In this document: positions 1 to 9,379 of the stretch, one piece after another | How the letters are laid out: each line of letters begins with the position of its first letter | How positions within the stretch are numbered: position 1 is the first letter of the stretch | Source of the DNA: an uncultured Gammaproteobacteria bacterium | GTDB taxonomy: Bacteria > Patescibacteriota > Patescibacteriia > UBA1558 > GWA2-36-10 | NCBI GenBank assembly: GCA_964638415.1 | Contig: CAZWYP010000006.1 | Span: 2,244-66,243 of the forward strand | Direction of reading: 5' to 3' | Length of the DNA: 64,000 bases | The notes under the pieces: generated by a model | Database searches by the model: none | Seen by the model: only the letters and a program-made list of their open reading frames with translations | Told to the model about the DNA's origin: nothing | Program-made: the position numbers and the translations under genes

Positions 1-109
1 TTAATAATCTATGCGGGGCAGACGGCACATGCTTGCGCCAAGAATGGCTGGTTTTTAATCTCATACTCTCCTCTTTTCTAAAGCTTACTATCTTTTGTGT
101 CGTTTAATA

Positions 110-1195
110 TTAAACAACGATGCGCTTAATATAACTGTTGATTCTGGTAATAACTTCGTAATTAATAGTTCTGGCATGTTCAGCTAATTCTTCCACCTTA
201 ATTTCCGGACCGATAATCTCCACTTCCGTGCCCATCATCGCCTGGTGCTTAGCCGGCAACTCTATCATAGTTAAATTCATGCAGATATTGCCTCTAATTG
301 GGCAACGCTGCTTATTTACCACCACCTCCGCCTTATTGGACAAGCTGCGGTCATATCCCTCATTGTAGCCAATGGGTAGAATAGCGATATCGCAATCCTT
401 ATCTGTCACATAGGTGCGGTTGTAGCCAATGCTCTGTCCAGCTTTTAATCTTTTAACTTGGACGATCTTGGTTTTCCAGGATAACACTGGCTTAAGTTTT
501 AAGCCTAATTTCAAGCCTCTCTCCTGAGCAGCGACTGACGGCCATAAGCCATATAAAGATATGCCTAAGCGGATAATATCTCCATGGCGGTTATGCTGGC
601 TTAAAGCGGCCGCTGAACAAGCCGTATGATTCTTGTACTTGGGGAAATGCTGGCAAACGCTTTTAAACACATCAAGCTGTTCGGTAGTAAAAGTCTGGTC
701 ATCATTCTCAGATTCAGCATAGTGGGTATATAGGCTGTCGATTTTAAGATTTTCCAAGGTTTCAATATGCTTAATGGCTTTAACCGCCTCCTCTGCCCTG
801 AAGCCTAAGCGGGAAGTTCCCGTATCTATTTTAATAGACACTAAAAAGCTCTTGCCCAAGGTGTTAAGGTAATGGGCGGTATCTAAGTCATAAATAGGCA
901 AGGCAATCTGCTCAGCAGAAGCCTGTACCAACTCCTCTTCTGAACGGTCAAAGTAGCTTAAAACCATAATGGGCTTTTTGGTTAAGCGCTTAAGTTCAAT
1001 AGCCTCTGACAAAGATACTACCATAAAGCCAAAAACATGCTTATTGGCGTCTAAAATCTTAGCTACTTCCGCTAAGCCATGGCCATAGGCATTGCTCTTA
1101 ATTACCGGCCAAATGGGCAGATCGGGAGACAATTTATGGTACTGATCTACATTATGATTTAGATTTTTACTGTTAATTTCCAGCCAAGTAAGCAT
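110..1195 (-). CDS. alr: alanine racemase (PLP-dependent)
   Basis: 361 aa. N-terminal PLP-lysine motif VIKSNAYGHG. Overall Alr length and architecture. Confidence 0.85.
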   Translation of the reverse strand: MLTWLEINSKNLNHNVDQYHKLSPDLPIWPVIKSNAYGHGLAEVAKILDANKHVFGFMVVSLSEAIELKRLTKKPIMVLSYFDRSEEELVQASAEQIALPIYDLDTAHYLNTLGKSFLVSIKIDTGTSRLGFRAEEAVKAIKHIETLENLKIDSLYTHYAESENDDQTFTTEQLDVFKSVCQHFPKYKNHTACSAAALSQHNRHGDIIRLGISLYGLWPSVAAQERGLKLGLKLKPVLSWKTKIVQVKRLKAGQSIGYNRTYVTDKDCDIAILPIGYNEGYDRSLSNKAEVVVNKQRCPIRGNICMNLTMIELPAKHQAMMGTEVEIIGPEIKVEELAEHARTINYEVITRINSYIKRIVV

Positions 1196-1243
1196 AGTTT
1201 TTAGTTAAAAATAACAGTTTAATCTTAGCAAAAATTAGGCAAA

Positions 1244-1280
1244 AGAAAAAGCCCGGATTATCCCTTGATAACCCAGGCTT
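1244..1280 (-). terminator. putative rho-independent terminator downstream of membrane-protein gene
   Basis: Imperfect 12-bp hairpin gcccggattatc/gataacccaggc with an A-run on the plus strand, which reads as a T-run on the minus strand. Confidence 0.4.
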
Positions 1281-1297
1281 TTATGATGATTTCCGTC

Positions 1298-2017
1298 CTA
1301 ACTTTTGGTCTTGCTGGCTTCCCGCAAATTGCGAGCACTGGCTTCTTCGGACTTCAAGTTAGCAACTGTCACCCAGTCGTAGAAAACAGAAAAAGCTTTC
1401 CAACACAATTGCAGAATAGCTCCACAGACTACGAGAGTTAGAATAAGCAAGGCTGTCAGCACAATGCCGACCAGAAAGCTCCAGTAAATACCGGAGGCAC
1501 CGCCGAAGATCAGGGCAATTGCCAAACTGCCATAGAGAGAATCACGGCCCTTGAGCTTAGGATGATTCATCAGGCGGAAGAACAAGAAGATCATCAAAGC
1601 GGCAAAGATGGGATCCAAGATCCTTGGACTGGAGAAAGGCAATGGGAAGCGGAAAATATCCCGATACAATGTCTGGGTAATAGTTTCCCCTGCTTCCGCT
1701 TGTGCTTCAGATACAGCAGTAGAATCTTTGGCAACTGAATCTTTTGCTGTTGAATCAGCCAGTGCCTGGGTAGAGTCGCCAGCAGCTTTGGCCGCTGGTT
1801 TTTTGGTTTCCACCACCTGGCCAGTGGCTTTGCTCAGGGTAATGGTCACTATCTGACCGTCTTTCATCACTGCTTGCCGATGAGCAATAGCAGAAACGCT
1901 GGGAATGCTATTTCCCGACAGCGCCCAAATAAGCCAAAACAGGGCTACCACGGTAAAGGTGGTAATAGCCATTCGCTTTGCTATTATAACATCGCGATCA
2001 AGATTTTTGGCAGGCAT
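1298..2017 (-). CDS. hypothetical membrane protein with Ala/Ser/Thr/Asp-rich low-complexity linker
   Basis: 239 aa ORF. TM helices at both ends. Central low-complexity segment AAKAAGDSTQALADSTAKDSVAKDSTAVSEAQAEAGE. Confidence 0.5.
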   Translation of the reverse strand: MPAKNLDRDVIIAKRMAITTFTVVALFWLIWALSGNSIPSVSAIAHRQAVMKDGQIVTITLSKATGQVVETKKPAAKAAGDSTQALADSTAKDSVAKDSTAVSEAQAEAGETITQTLYRDIFRFPLPFSSPRILDPIFAALMIFLFFRLMNHPKLKGRDSLYGSLAIALIFGGASGIYWSFLVGIVLTALLILTLVVCGAILQLCWKAFSVFYDWVTVANLKSEEASARNLREASKTKS

Positions 2018-2113
2018 AAAATACTCCTTTTAGTCTGCGGTTAGGGATGTTTAAGTACTGCTTTACTTGGCAATCCTAACAGACTATCCTAAGGCCTGTC
2101 AATAAGATAAAAT

Positions 2114-3355
2114 TTATACTTTCAATGCCTTTTTACCAACAAATGGCTGTAATACTTTAGGCACCAACACTGAACCGTCGGTCTGCTGATTCTGCTCCAA
2201 AATAGCGGGAATAAGACGGCTGGTAGCTAAACCGGAAGCATTCAAGGTATGGACAAAATCATTCTTGCCTGTTTTATTATCCTTGTAGCGGATATTACCT
2301 CTCCTCGCTTGGTAATCTAAAGCATTAGAAACTGAAGACACTTCCTTGTAAGTATTCATGGAAGGAATCCAGACTTCCAAATCAACAGTCTTAGCCATAG
2401 CAGCGCTGCAATCTTCCGCCGCTAAAGCCACTGTCTGGTAATGCAAATCCAAGCCTTCAATTAATTTCTGGGCATTTAATAACAGCTCGTCAAAAGCCTT
2501 CCAAGATTCTTCCGGCTTAGTAAACTGGAACATTTCAATTTTATTGAACTGATGACCTCTAATCATCCCCCGCTCCTCTTTGCGGTAAGCGCCAGCTTCC
2601 CGACGAAAACAAGTAGAATAGGCAAAATATTTCAAAGGCAGATCTTTGTCTGGCAAAATTTCATCACGATGCAAATTACCAAGCATCATTTCACTGGTAG
2701 CATTAAGGCAGAGCTTATCCTGGGTCCAGAATAAATCATCGCGGAATTTAGGCAAATGACCGGAAGTATAGGCGGATTTTTCCGTTAATAAATAAGGCGG
2801 TAAGATAAACTGGTAGCCGTTCTTCCGGTGAAATTCAATAAAATAATTAAGCAAAGCCCATTCCAGAATCGCTCCATCGCCGGTATATAGCCAGAAGCCG
2901 CTGCCGGACATTTTAGCCGCCCGCTCATAGTCAATTAGCTTCAAGGAGGTGGCTAATTCCACATGGTCTTTTATTTTATCAAGCTTTGGCTGGCTGCCAA
3001 AAGTCTTAATAACCTTGTTATTTTCCTTGCCACCAGCCAGCACATCATCAGCCGGTAAATTAGGCAATTCCGACAAACGCAAATACAATTCCGCTTCAAT
3101 GCCCGCTAATTTCTTATCTAGCTTCTTAATATCTTCCCCGATCTTCTTCATCACCGCAATGGTTTTAGCATCCGGCTTAACTTTAGATGACTGATTGCGC
3201 TTAGCTTTTAATTCATCATTTTTAGTAATTACTTCCCGGCGTTGATCATCTAATTTAATAATGCTGTCCAAATCCAAATCTACTTTGGACATTCGCTTCA
3301 GCAAGCCTGCTTCTACCTGATCTTTATGGTCTCTAATTAATTGTATATCCAACAT
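2114..3355 (-). CDS. serS: seryl-tRNA synthetase
   Basis: 413 aa. N-terminal coiled-coil arm plus class II catalytic core. Typical SerRS length. Confidence 0.9.
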   Translation of the reverse strand: MLDIQLIRDHKDQVEAGLLKRMSKVDLDLDSIIKLDDQRREVITKNDELKAKRNQSSKVKPDAKTIAVMKKIGEDIKKLDKKLAGIEAELYLRLSELPNLPADDVLAGGKENNKVIKTFGSQPKLDKIKDHVELATSLKLIDYERAAKMSGSGFWLYTGDGAILEWALLNYFIEFHRKNGYQFILPPYLLTEKSAYTSGHLPKFRDDLFWTQDKLCLNATSEMMLGNLHRDEILPDKDLPLKYFAYSTCFRREAGAYRKEERGMIRGHQFNKIEMFQFTKPEESWKAFDELLLNAQKLIEGLDLHYQTVALAAEDCSAAMAKTVDLEVWIPSMNTYKEVSSVSNALDYQARRGNIRYKDNKTGKNDFVHTLNASGLATSRLIPAILEQNQQTDGSVLVPKVLQPFVGKKALKV

Positions 3356-3361
3356 AATATT

Positions 3362-4837
3362 TTATTTACTTTTTGGCCTCATAGTTGGGAAGAAAATTAC
3401 TTCCTTGATATTCTCCACATTGCCTAAGAGCATAATTAGTCTATCAATACCGATGCCTAAACCGGCCGTAGGCGGCATGCCGTGCTTTAAGGCTTCCACG
3501 AATTCATCATCTGCTCCCTGCGCTTCCTCATCCCCTTTTTTCGCCAAAGCTTTTTGCTCGGCAAAGCGCTCCGCCTGATCCAAAGGATCATTAAGCTCGG
3601 AAAAAGCATTACAGACTTCCGCGGTATTCACTACCAATTGGAAGCGCTCTACATAATTAGGACGATCAGCTATTTTTTTGGCTAAAGGAGAAATTTCAAT
3701 GGGATGATTAATTAAGAAAGTCGGCTGGATAATCTGCGGGCGAATAACTTTTTTATACAACTCATCTAATAATTTACCCCTACCCCAGCTTTTATCTGTC
3801 TTTAAACTCTGCTTTTTAGCCAAAACCATTAAATCTTTATCTGACAGCTTATCTATATCCACCTGGTAATATTTGGTGAATAAATCCTTAAAATCTACCC
3901 GGGGATAAGGATCTTTAAAATTTAAAGTATGCTCTCCGCTTTTTACCTCATAGCTGCCGGTAACAGCTTTAGCTAAAGCTGCCATGAATTTCTCCACAAA
4001 CTCCATCAGTCCCTCATAATCCTGGTAAGCCCAATATGCTTCAATCTGGGTAAATTCCGGATTATGCTGGTGGTCAATGCCTTCATTGCGGAAACAGCGG
4101 GCAATTTCATACACTTTCTCGTAACCGCCAATAATTAATCTTTTAAGATACAATTCCGGGGCAACGCGCAAGTATAGATCTATATCCAAAGCATTATGGT
4201 GGGTTTGGAAAGGCTGAGCAGTTGCACCAGAAGCCACTGCCTGCAGCATTGGCGTATCCACTTCCACAAAGCCAGCTTGGTTATAGTATTGCCGGATAAA
4301 GTCAATTACTTTGCTGCGCAACAGGAAAATATTCTTTACTTCGGGATTAGCCAGCAAATCCAAATATCTTTTTCTAAACCTTAAATCCTGATCTGCCAAG
4401 CCGGAATGTTTATCTGGTAAAGGCAATAGAGCTTTAGCTAGCATCATAACTTGGGAAGCTAAAATGGTCGGCTCGGCAGTTTTAGTCACAAAAGCTTGTC
4501 CGGTAATCTGAATGAAATCCCCTAAGTCAAAATTATCCTTGAAATTTTGGTAAGCTTCTTCGCCTAAATTATCTTTGCGGATAAAGCCCTGCACTTTGCC
4601 AGACTCATCTTCAAAATGCAGAAAGCAGGAACCACCCTGCAAGCGCAAGGAACGAATGCGTCCGGCTAGCACCACGGTTTGCTGGCTCGTAACCAAAGAC
4701 TTGAATTCAGCTAGAAAATCGCCAATAGTTTTATTTCTCTGGCTATTAGCTGGATAAGCAGCAACACCAGCTTTAGCCAATTGCTTTAGCTTTTTTAACC
4801 GCTGCTGGTATTCATCGTTAATATTGTATTCTGTCAT
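3362..4837 (-). CDS. lysS: lysyl-tRNA synthetase, class II
   Basis: 491 aa. OB-fold anticodon-binding N-terminus. Class II motifs (FRNEGID, GGLGIGIDRL). Confidence 0.9.
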   Translation of the reverse strand: MTEYNINDEYQQRLKKLKQLAKAGVAAYPANSQRNKTIGDFLAEFKSLVTSQQTVVLAGRIRSLRLQGGSCFLHFEDESGKVQGFIRKDNLGEEAYQNFKDNFDLGDFIQITGQAFVTKTAEPTILASQVMMLAKALLPLPDKHSGLADQDLRFRKRYLDLLANPEVKNIFLLRSKVIDFIRQYYNQAGFVEVDTPMLQAVASGATAQPFQTHHNALDIDLYLRVAPELYLKRLIIGGYEKVYEIARCFRNEGIDHQHNPEFTQIEAYWAYQDYEGLMEFVEKFMAALAKAVTGSYEVKSGEHTLNFKDPYPRVDFKDLFTKYYQVDIDKLSDKDLMVLAKKQSLKTDKSWGRGKLLDELYKKVIRPQIIQPTFLINHPIEISPLAKKIADRPNYVERFQLVVNTAEVCNAFSELNDPLDQAERFAEQKALAKKGDEEAQGADDEFVEALKHGMPPTAGLGIGIDRLIMLLGNVENIKEVIFFPTMRPKSK

Positions 4838-4927
4838 ATTTTTATTGTCTTTCTGGCTATAATTTTACTGAATTTTTAGCCAAATAGCAAGAAAAATAAT
4901 ACTTTAACAATAAATAAAAACTATCTA

Positions 4928-4956
4928 TTGACAAAATAATTAAAATATGATAGATT
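4928..4956 (+). promoter_or_regulatory. putative sigma70-type promoter (TTGACA-17-TAGATT)
   Basis: Perfect -35 TTGACA at 4928-4933. 17-nt spacer. TAGATT at 4951-4956. Lies upstream of the 5016 start. Confidence 0.35.
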
Positions 4957-5015
4957 ATATTGCTTTGCGTCCTTTGTCAACTTGTCTTGTTTCACCAAGA
5001 AAAGGGAGTCTTTCC

Positions 5016-6629
5016 ATGTTTCGTTTCATTTTCGTGGTTTTGTTTGCCTGCCTGGCAACCATATCCATATCTTCCGCTGAAGTCATTGACAACAACGTTG
5101 TCTGCCAATTGCCCAACTCGTCCTCCTTGGACGATACTTTGGATCAGCAAGTCATGGCCTTTGACGTATTAGTCGGCGACTACGACGATCAGGACAGTAC
5201 AGTTTATGTGGCTTGGACATCATTTCAAGGCGACAACGACCAAACTGTCGTTGCGGCTTACCGAAATGGTGAGGAACTTTGGCGCACAATAGTACCTTTC
5301 CCCGGCGATGCTTATCCCATCGCCGTCAAAATGGTTGGAGGAAGGGTTATTGTTTGTAGCCAAACCGTTTCATCAAACCCATTCGAGACACAACTGTCAA
5401 TCGCGGCAATTGCCAATTTCAATGGTGGCTTTCTGTATTACGGACACGTTACGCCAAGTTATTCCGCTAGTTTGCCATGGCAATTCGAAATGTACACTGC
5501 TCCAAATGATTTATTAATAGACACAGCCGTTGTGATCTGGCATGTGCAAGGAAGCGGATCTTCGTATTTCCAACGCGTCAATGTAGCTGAAAATCCACCC
5601 ACTCTTTTTGACGGCGATGGAACTGCTTTCCCGAATGGCTGTTATGTCAACTCCGACGCCGCCTGGCAAGGTGGGCGCTGGTGGTTTTCCGACTGCGGTA
5701 CAACTATGTACTCAATTAGTCCTACCGAGGGTTTAGTCGGAATAGACACTACTTCTTCCAACTACTGGACTATGTTCAGTGGCAGCGAAGATTCTCTGTG
5801 GGGAGTAACCTTTAATAACGGAATGGTCCTAGAGCACCTGTCAACTTCCGGTGAAGTAAACCCGATAGACACCCGTGTCTTACTCAGTTTACACACAGAT
5901 CCCGATTGGTCATTTCGCATGTCCCACGAACGATTTATTACCGGTGGACGATTCTTGACGACGAGCATGATTGAAGACACGCCATGGCCGTGGTATCACG
6001 TTTCCGTAGGTTGGTATGATTTGGAAACTGGTGGAAATTGGGGCTTTAGTCTACCAACTTACAATCCCCCCATCTCACATGCCGGCGCCATTTCGGACCA
6101 CATGATCGGCCTGATTACAGCTGGCCAAACCACTGTTCGTTTCGACGCTTGGGATATTTTAGACAGCGCTTATACCATCAGCGTTGATTCCATCGGTCCG
6201 CACCAAGATGGTTGGGGCGGCTGGTCAAGAATTTTCCCAGACGGTCACGGTGGGGCTGAGCTATTCTGGACTACTGCCGAAGGCATGGGGCCGGGCACGT
6301 TATATCATTATCACGTCACAAACGTGCAATCGACAAACAACCCAATTCAGACGAACATTCCTATAGACATGTCGCTCGGCCAGAACTACCCCAACCCGTT
6401 CAATCCGACGACGACCATTCCGTTCAACCTGCATCGCGCCGGTCCGGTAACACTGAAAGTATTCAATATTACCGGGCAGTTGGTTGCTACCGTGCTGAAC
6501 AACCAGGTGATGTCGGCCGGACAGCAGCAAGTTAATTTTGACGGCTCGCAGCTGTCCAGCGGCGTTTACGTCTATACCATTTCCAGCGGCAACTTCCAAG
6601 CTGCTCAGAAGATGGTCCTGATGAAATAA
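5016..6629 (+). CDS. secreted protein with T9SS-type (Por) C-terminal sorting domain
   Basis: Start reassigned to the internal Met (MFRFIFVVLFACLATISISSA signal peptide) preceded by a strong SD AAGGGAG 7 nt upstream. C-terminus NYPNPFNPTTTIPF...VYVYTI matches the TIGR04183/Por_Secre_tail motif. Coding GC is visibly higher than that of flanking genes. Confidence 0.7.
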   Translation: MFRFIFVVLFACLATISISSAEVIDNNVVCQLPNSSSLDDTLDQQVMAFDVLVGDYDDQDSTVYVAWTSFQGDNDQTVVAAYRNGEELWRTIVPFPGDAYPIAVKMVGGRVIVCSQTVSSNPFETQLSIAAIANFNGGFLYYGHVTPSYSASLPWQFEMYTAPNDLLIDTAVVIWHVQGSGSSYFQRVNVAENPPTLFDGDGTAFPNGCYVNSDAAWQGGRWWFSDCGTTMYSISPTEGLVGIDTTSSNYWTMFSGSEDSLWGVTFNNGMVLEHLSTSGEVNPIDTRVLLSLHTDPDWSFRMSHERFITGGRFLTTSMIEDTPWPWYHVSVGWYDLETGGNWGFSLPTYNPPISHAGAISDHMIGLITAGQTTVRFDAWDILDSAYTISVDSIGPHQDGWGGWSRIFPDGHGGAELFWTTAEGMGPGTLYHYHVTNVQSTNNPIQTNIPIDMSLGQNYPNPFNPTTTIPFNLHRAGPVTLKVFNITGQLVATVLNNQVMSAGQQQVNFDGSQLSSGVYVYTISSGNFQAAQKMVLMK

Positions 6630-6648
6630 GGCAAGACAATACGATGAA

Positions 6649-6687
6649 AGACCCGTTATCTATGAAGGTAACGGGTCTCTTTTTTAC
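6649..6687 (+). terminator. rho-independent terminator
   Basis: Hairpin gacccgtta...taacgggtc followed by tcttttttact. Confidence 0.6.
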
Positions 6688-6696
6688 TAATAGATA

Positions 6697-7500
6697 CTAT
6701 TTCACTTCCGGTAATTTCTGCCCGCGGAATTTCCAGAAGTATTTAATAAAGCTCAAAATATGTTGGCGGGAATATTTGCTGAAAGCAGTCTTTAAGACAT
6801 TCTCCGCAGCTGACTGGCGGCGATGCAGGTGAATCACTTCCGCCTGACCAACATAAGCTACTTGCCAGCCAGCTTGCCAAAACCTCCGGCACCAGTCAAT
6901 ATCCTCCAAATACATAAAGTATCTTTCATCCAAGAGGCCGACTTTTTCTAAAGCAGCACTGCGTACTAATAAACAAGCGCCGAATAAAGCCGGCACGGGA
7001 AAATTCTGATGATGATCATGATCTTTAAGAAAATAATAATTAAGCCAGTCTTGTCCGGCTTTAGTCTCTGCCAAGGTAGTGCGCCGATAAAGAGGCAGGC
7101 GCCAATCCGGAAAACGAGTGCAGGAATATTGGATAGTTTTGTCAGCATTAATTAGCCGCGGTCCGCATAAGCCGACTTGCGGATTATCTTCCAAATACTG
7201 ATACATAATATTTACCGCATCAGATAGAATGGCCAAATCCGGATTAAGGATGAGAATATACTTGCCCTGCGCCTGCTTAATTCCTAAATTATTACCCGCC
7301 GCAAAACCGCTATTCTTCTTATTCTGAATAAACTTAGCTTGAGGATACTCTTTTACTATCTCCTCCACTCCGTCATAGGAAGCATTGTCCACCACGATTA
7401 TTTCATAACTATGAGGCAATTTTAATTCCGCGATATTCTTTAATAATTCGCGGATCAAGTCTTTATTAAAATAATTAAGAATGACAATAGATAAATCCAT
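6697..7500 (-). CDS. glycosyltransferase family 2
   Basis: Start set to the internal Met (MDLSIVILNYFN) so the gene no longer overlaps the upstream gene. GT-A N-terminal motif and DxD region. Confidence 0.75.
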   Translation of the reverse strand: MDLSIVILNYFNKDLIRELLKNIAELKLPHSYEIIVVDNASYDGVEEIVKEYPQAKFIQNKKNSGFAAGNNLGIKQAQGKYILILNPDLAILSDAVNIMYQYLEDNPQVGLCGPRLINADKTIQYSCTRFPDWRLPLYRRTTLAETKAGQDWLNYYFLKDHDHHQNFPVPALFGACLLVRSAALEKVGLLDERYFMYLEDIDWCRRFWQAGWQVAYVGQAEVIHLHRRQSAAENVLKTAFSKYSRQHILSFIKYFWKFRGQKLPEVK

Positions 7501-7510
7501 TTTATTAAAT

Positions 7511-8497
7511 TTAAACAAACCAGCGCTGCATGTCTTCCGCTTTAATCTGGCGGTATTTTTTAATCTGCCTTTTTTTGTCGCGGAATTTAGGCAATAGCTG
7601 GAAGAATTCAAGCCAGCCTTTCAGCGTAGCTCTTTCCCTTAATAATAAATAGCCAAATTTCTTAAATTCATACCAAATAATTGGAAAAAAATCCTTGAAG
7701 AAATTCTTAGCAAAAGAGTTTTTGTAAATCATTGCCAGATGATTGCGGTAAGACAAGCGATTAGCAAAGCCCCTTTGCTTGCGGAAGCCCAACCCTTTAT
7801 TACTCACTGTCCGATGATGGTAAGCTATGGTTTCTGCTACCAGCCAATTCTCCCAGCCATTCAAGCGCAGGCGCCAAGCCAAATCAATGTCCTCCTTGTA
7901 AGCAAAGAAGTCCTCATCAAAATACTCGTAATTGCCATTGCCCTTGTCGTACTTAATCTTCTCCAGGCACTGGCGCCTAACCAATAAAGCAGTAGCGGAT
8001 AATCCGAAAACTTCCTGATTGATAGGATCATTATCTGGCTGGCCTTGAGCCATGTCTACTACCTGGCGATTGCGGCTTATTTTCAGCCCCAAAGAATCTA
8101 TGGTCTGGGTAAGATTATTGGCATGGAAATCCCAATATAATAGTTTGCCGGAAGCTGACGCAGCCATGGGATTAGCTTCCATAAACGCTACTAACTTCTC
8201 TAAATAGTCATTGGCCAGCATCACATCCTGGTTAAGGAATAGAATATAGTCCGACTTAGACCAGTTAATTAATAAATTGTGGCCTTTGGCAAAACCGATA
8301 TTCTGCTTCTGCTGGATGACTTTGGCCGGTGGATAATACTCCTTCATAGTAGCGACGGAATTATCGGTGGAAGCATTGTCCAAAACCAATAATTCCCAGT
8401 CGGTAAAAGTCTGGTTCTGCAGGCTTTTAATTAACCAGGGCAAATACTGGGCGCCATTCCAAGTTAATAAGCTAATAGTTACTTTAGGCTTGTTCAT
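7511..8497 (-). CDS. glycosyltransferase family 2
   Basis: 328 aa. VTISLLTWNGAQYL...LVLDNASTDNS GT2 signature. Confidence 0.75.
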   Translation of the reverse strand: MNKPKVTISLLTWNGAQYLPWLIKSLQNQTFTDWELLVLDNASTDNSVATMKEYYPPAKVIQQKQNIGFAKGHNLLINWSKSDYILFLNQDVMLANDYLEKLVAFMEANPMAASASGKLLYWDFHANNLTQTIDSLGLKISRNRQVVDMAQGQPDNDPINQEVFGLSATALLVRRQCLEKIKYDKGNGNYEYFDEDFFAYKEDIDLAWRLRLNGWENWLVAETIAYHHRTVSNKGLGFRKQRGFANRLSYRNHLAMIYKNSFAKNFFKDFFPIIWYEFKKFGYLLLRERATLKGWLEFFQLLPKFRDKKRQIKKYRQIKAEDMQRWFV

Positions 8498-9378
8498 AGG
8501 ATATCGATATCAAAATCTCGGTGGCGGTTAACCCAGATAATATAACAGAAAGTTAAAAACAGATTAAGCGGAATAAATAATAAAATAATCAAAGCAGTTA
8601 AAGGATTGTGGTGCTTGTAAAAATAATACAATATGCTCCAGTCAAAAATTGCCTGCTTAAAGAATTTACTTTCCTGGTCAAAACTTGCTCCGCCATAGTG
8701 AACTATGGAACTAGCCGGATAATATTCAATAGCCAGACCAGCTTTTGCTGCCCGCTTGCACCAATCCACTTCTTCAAACCAGATAAAAAACTTGGGATCA
8801 AAATAACCTACTTCTTTCAATGCTTCCCGGCGCCAAACCATCGCCGCTCCCATGATCTGCTGGACTAATTGCGCACGGTTATAATCAAAATCTTTAGCCA
8901 GATAATGGCGCAATAGCAGATTATTAGGAAAAACCTTGCTCAATTTCAGCAGGACAAAAAGCTGGGACCATAGCCCGGGAAAACGCCTGACTGAAGGCTG
9001 GATAGAGCCATTGGTATTTAAAACCTTCGGTCCTAAAATTTTTATCTCCGGATGCTGGTCTAGGTGTTCAATGATCTGCCGGAAAAAACCCGGCTTTACT
9101 TCCGTATCCGGATTCAGTAAAAAAAGATATTTGCCTTTAGCCTGCTTTAAAGCCAGATTGTTGGCTTGGGCAAATCCCCGGTTTTTCGGCAAAGCAATCA
9201 TGGTCACTTCGGGATAATTAGCAATAACCATTTCAGAAGTTTCATCGCGAGAATCGTTATCTACCACAAAAATCTCGCGGGAAAAATCCTGCGAATCTGC
9301 CAAGATTGAATCAAGGCATTTTTCCAATAATGGCCTGACTTTCCAATTGACAATAATAACCGAAATAATTGGCTGCAT
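8494..9378 (-). CDS. glycosyltransferase family 2
   Basis: 294 aa. ISVIIVNWKVRPLL...FVVDNDSRDET GT2 signature. C-terminal TM segment. Confidence 0.75.
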   Translation of the reverse strand: MQPIISVIIVNWKVRPLLEKCLDSILADSQDFSREIFVVDNDSRDETSEMVIANYPEVTMIALPKNRGFAQANNLALKQAKGKYLFLLNPDTEVKPGFFRQIIEHLDQHPEIKILGPKVLNTNGSIQPSVRRFPGLWSQLFVLLKLSKVFPNNLLLRHYLAKDFDYNRAQLVQQIMGAAMVWRREALKEVGYFDPKFFIWFEEVDWCKRAAKAGLAIEYYPASSIVHYGGASFDQESKFFKQAIFDWSILYYFYKHHNPLTALIILLFIPLNLFLTFCYIIWVNRHRDFDIDIL

Positions 9379-9379
9379 A

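Noticed and set aside
102-115. Perfect 14-bp AT palindrome GTTTAATATTAAAC at the alr stop codon.
   Set aside because: It is all A/T apart from the terminal G/C pairs, and would make an unstable hairpin. Such palindromes are expected frequently in low-GC DNA. There is no flanking U-run on the transcribed strand.
1608-1856. Plus-strand 82-aa ORF inside the minus-strand membrane-protein gene. The track also lists many similar antisense ORFs (2552-2734, 2949-3194, 4196-4384, 4575-4757, 7739-7987, 8608-9217, 9393-9713, 11886-12134, 13306-13642, 14177-14551, 16148-16547, 17311-18066, 20654-20866, 22680-23009, 24687-25121, 27106-27579, 28727-29244, 31454-31825, 33025-33695, 38827-39286, 44312-44590, 53913-54723, 55324-56013, 57148-57475, 58422-58610, 58909-59349, 60381-61205, 61502-61968, 62351-62867).
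   Set aside because: Each is fully embedded in, and antisense to or out of frame with, a longer ORF that has clear homology-level motifs. They have no independent start context or conservation signal. They are typical shadow ORFs.
4947-5015. Annotated upstream start (MIDYIALRPLSTCLVSPRKGSLS) of the T9SS-CTD protein.
   Set aside because: This segment contains the predicted -10 region and the strong SD AAGGGAG, which sits 7 nt before the internal ATG at 5016. The mature protein begins with a classical signal peptide at that Met. The extension is therefore almost certainly untranslated.
6300-6599. 99-aa minus-strand ORF opposite the T9SS-CTD coding region.
   Set aside because: It is antisense to the region encoding the highly conserved Por_Secre_tail motif. 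GC-rich sequence generates long spurious antisense frames.
7501-7611. N-terminal 37-codon extension of the GT2 ORF (MNSSSYCLNSATKKGRLKNTARLKRK...).
   Set aside because: It overlaps the 3' end of the upstream GT2 gene in another frame and is basic, low-complexity sequence. The conserved GT2 N-terminus begins at the internal Met (MDLSIVILNYFN).
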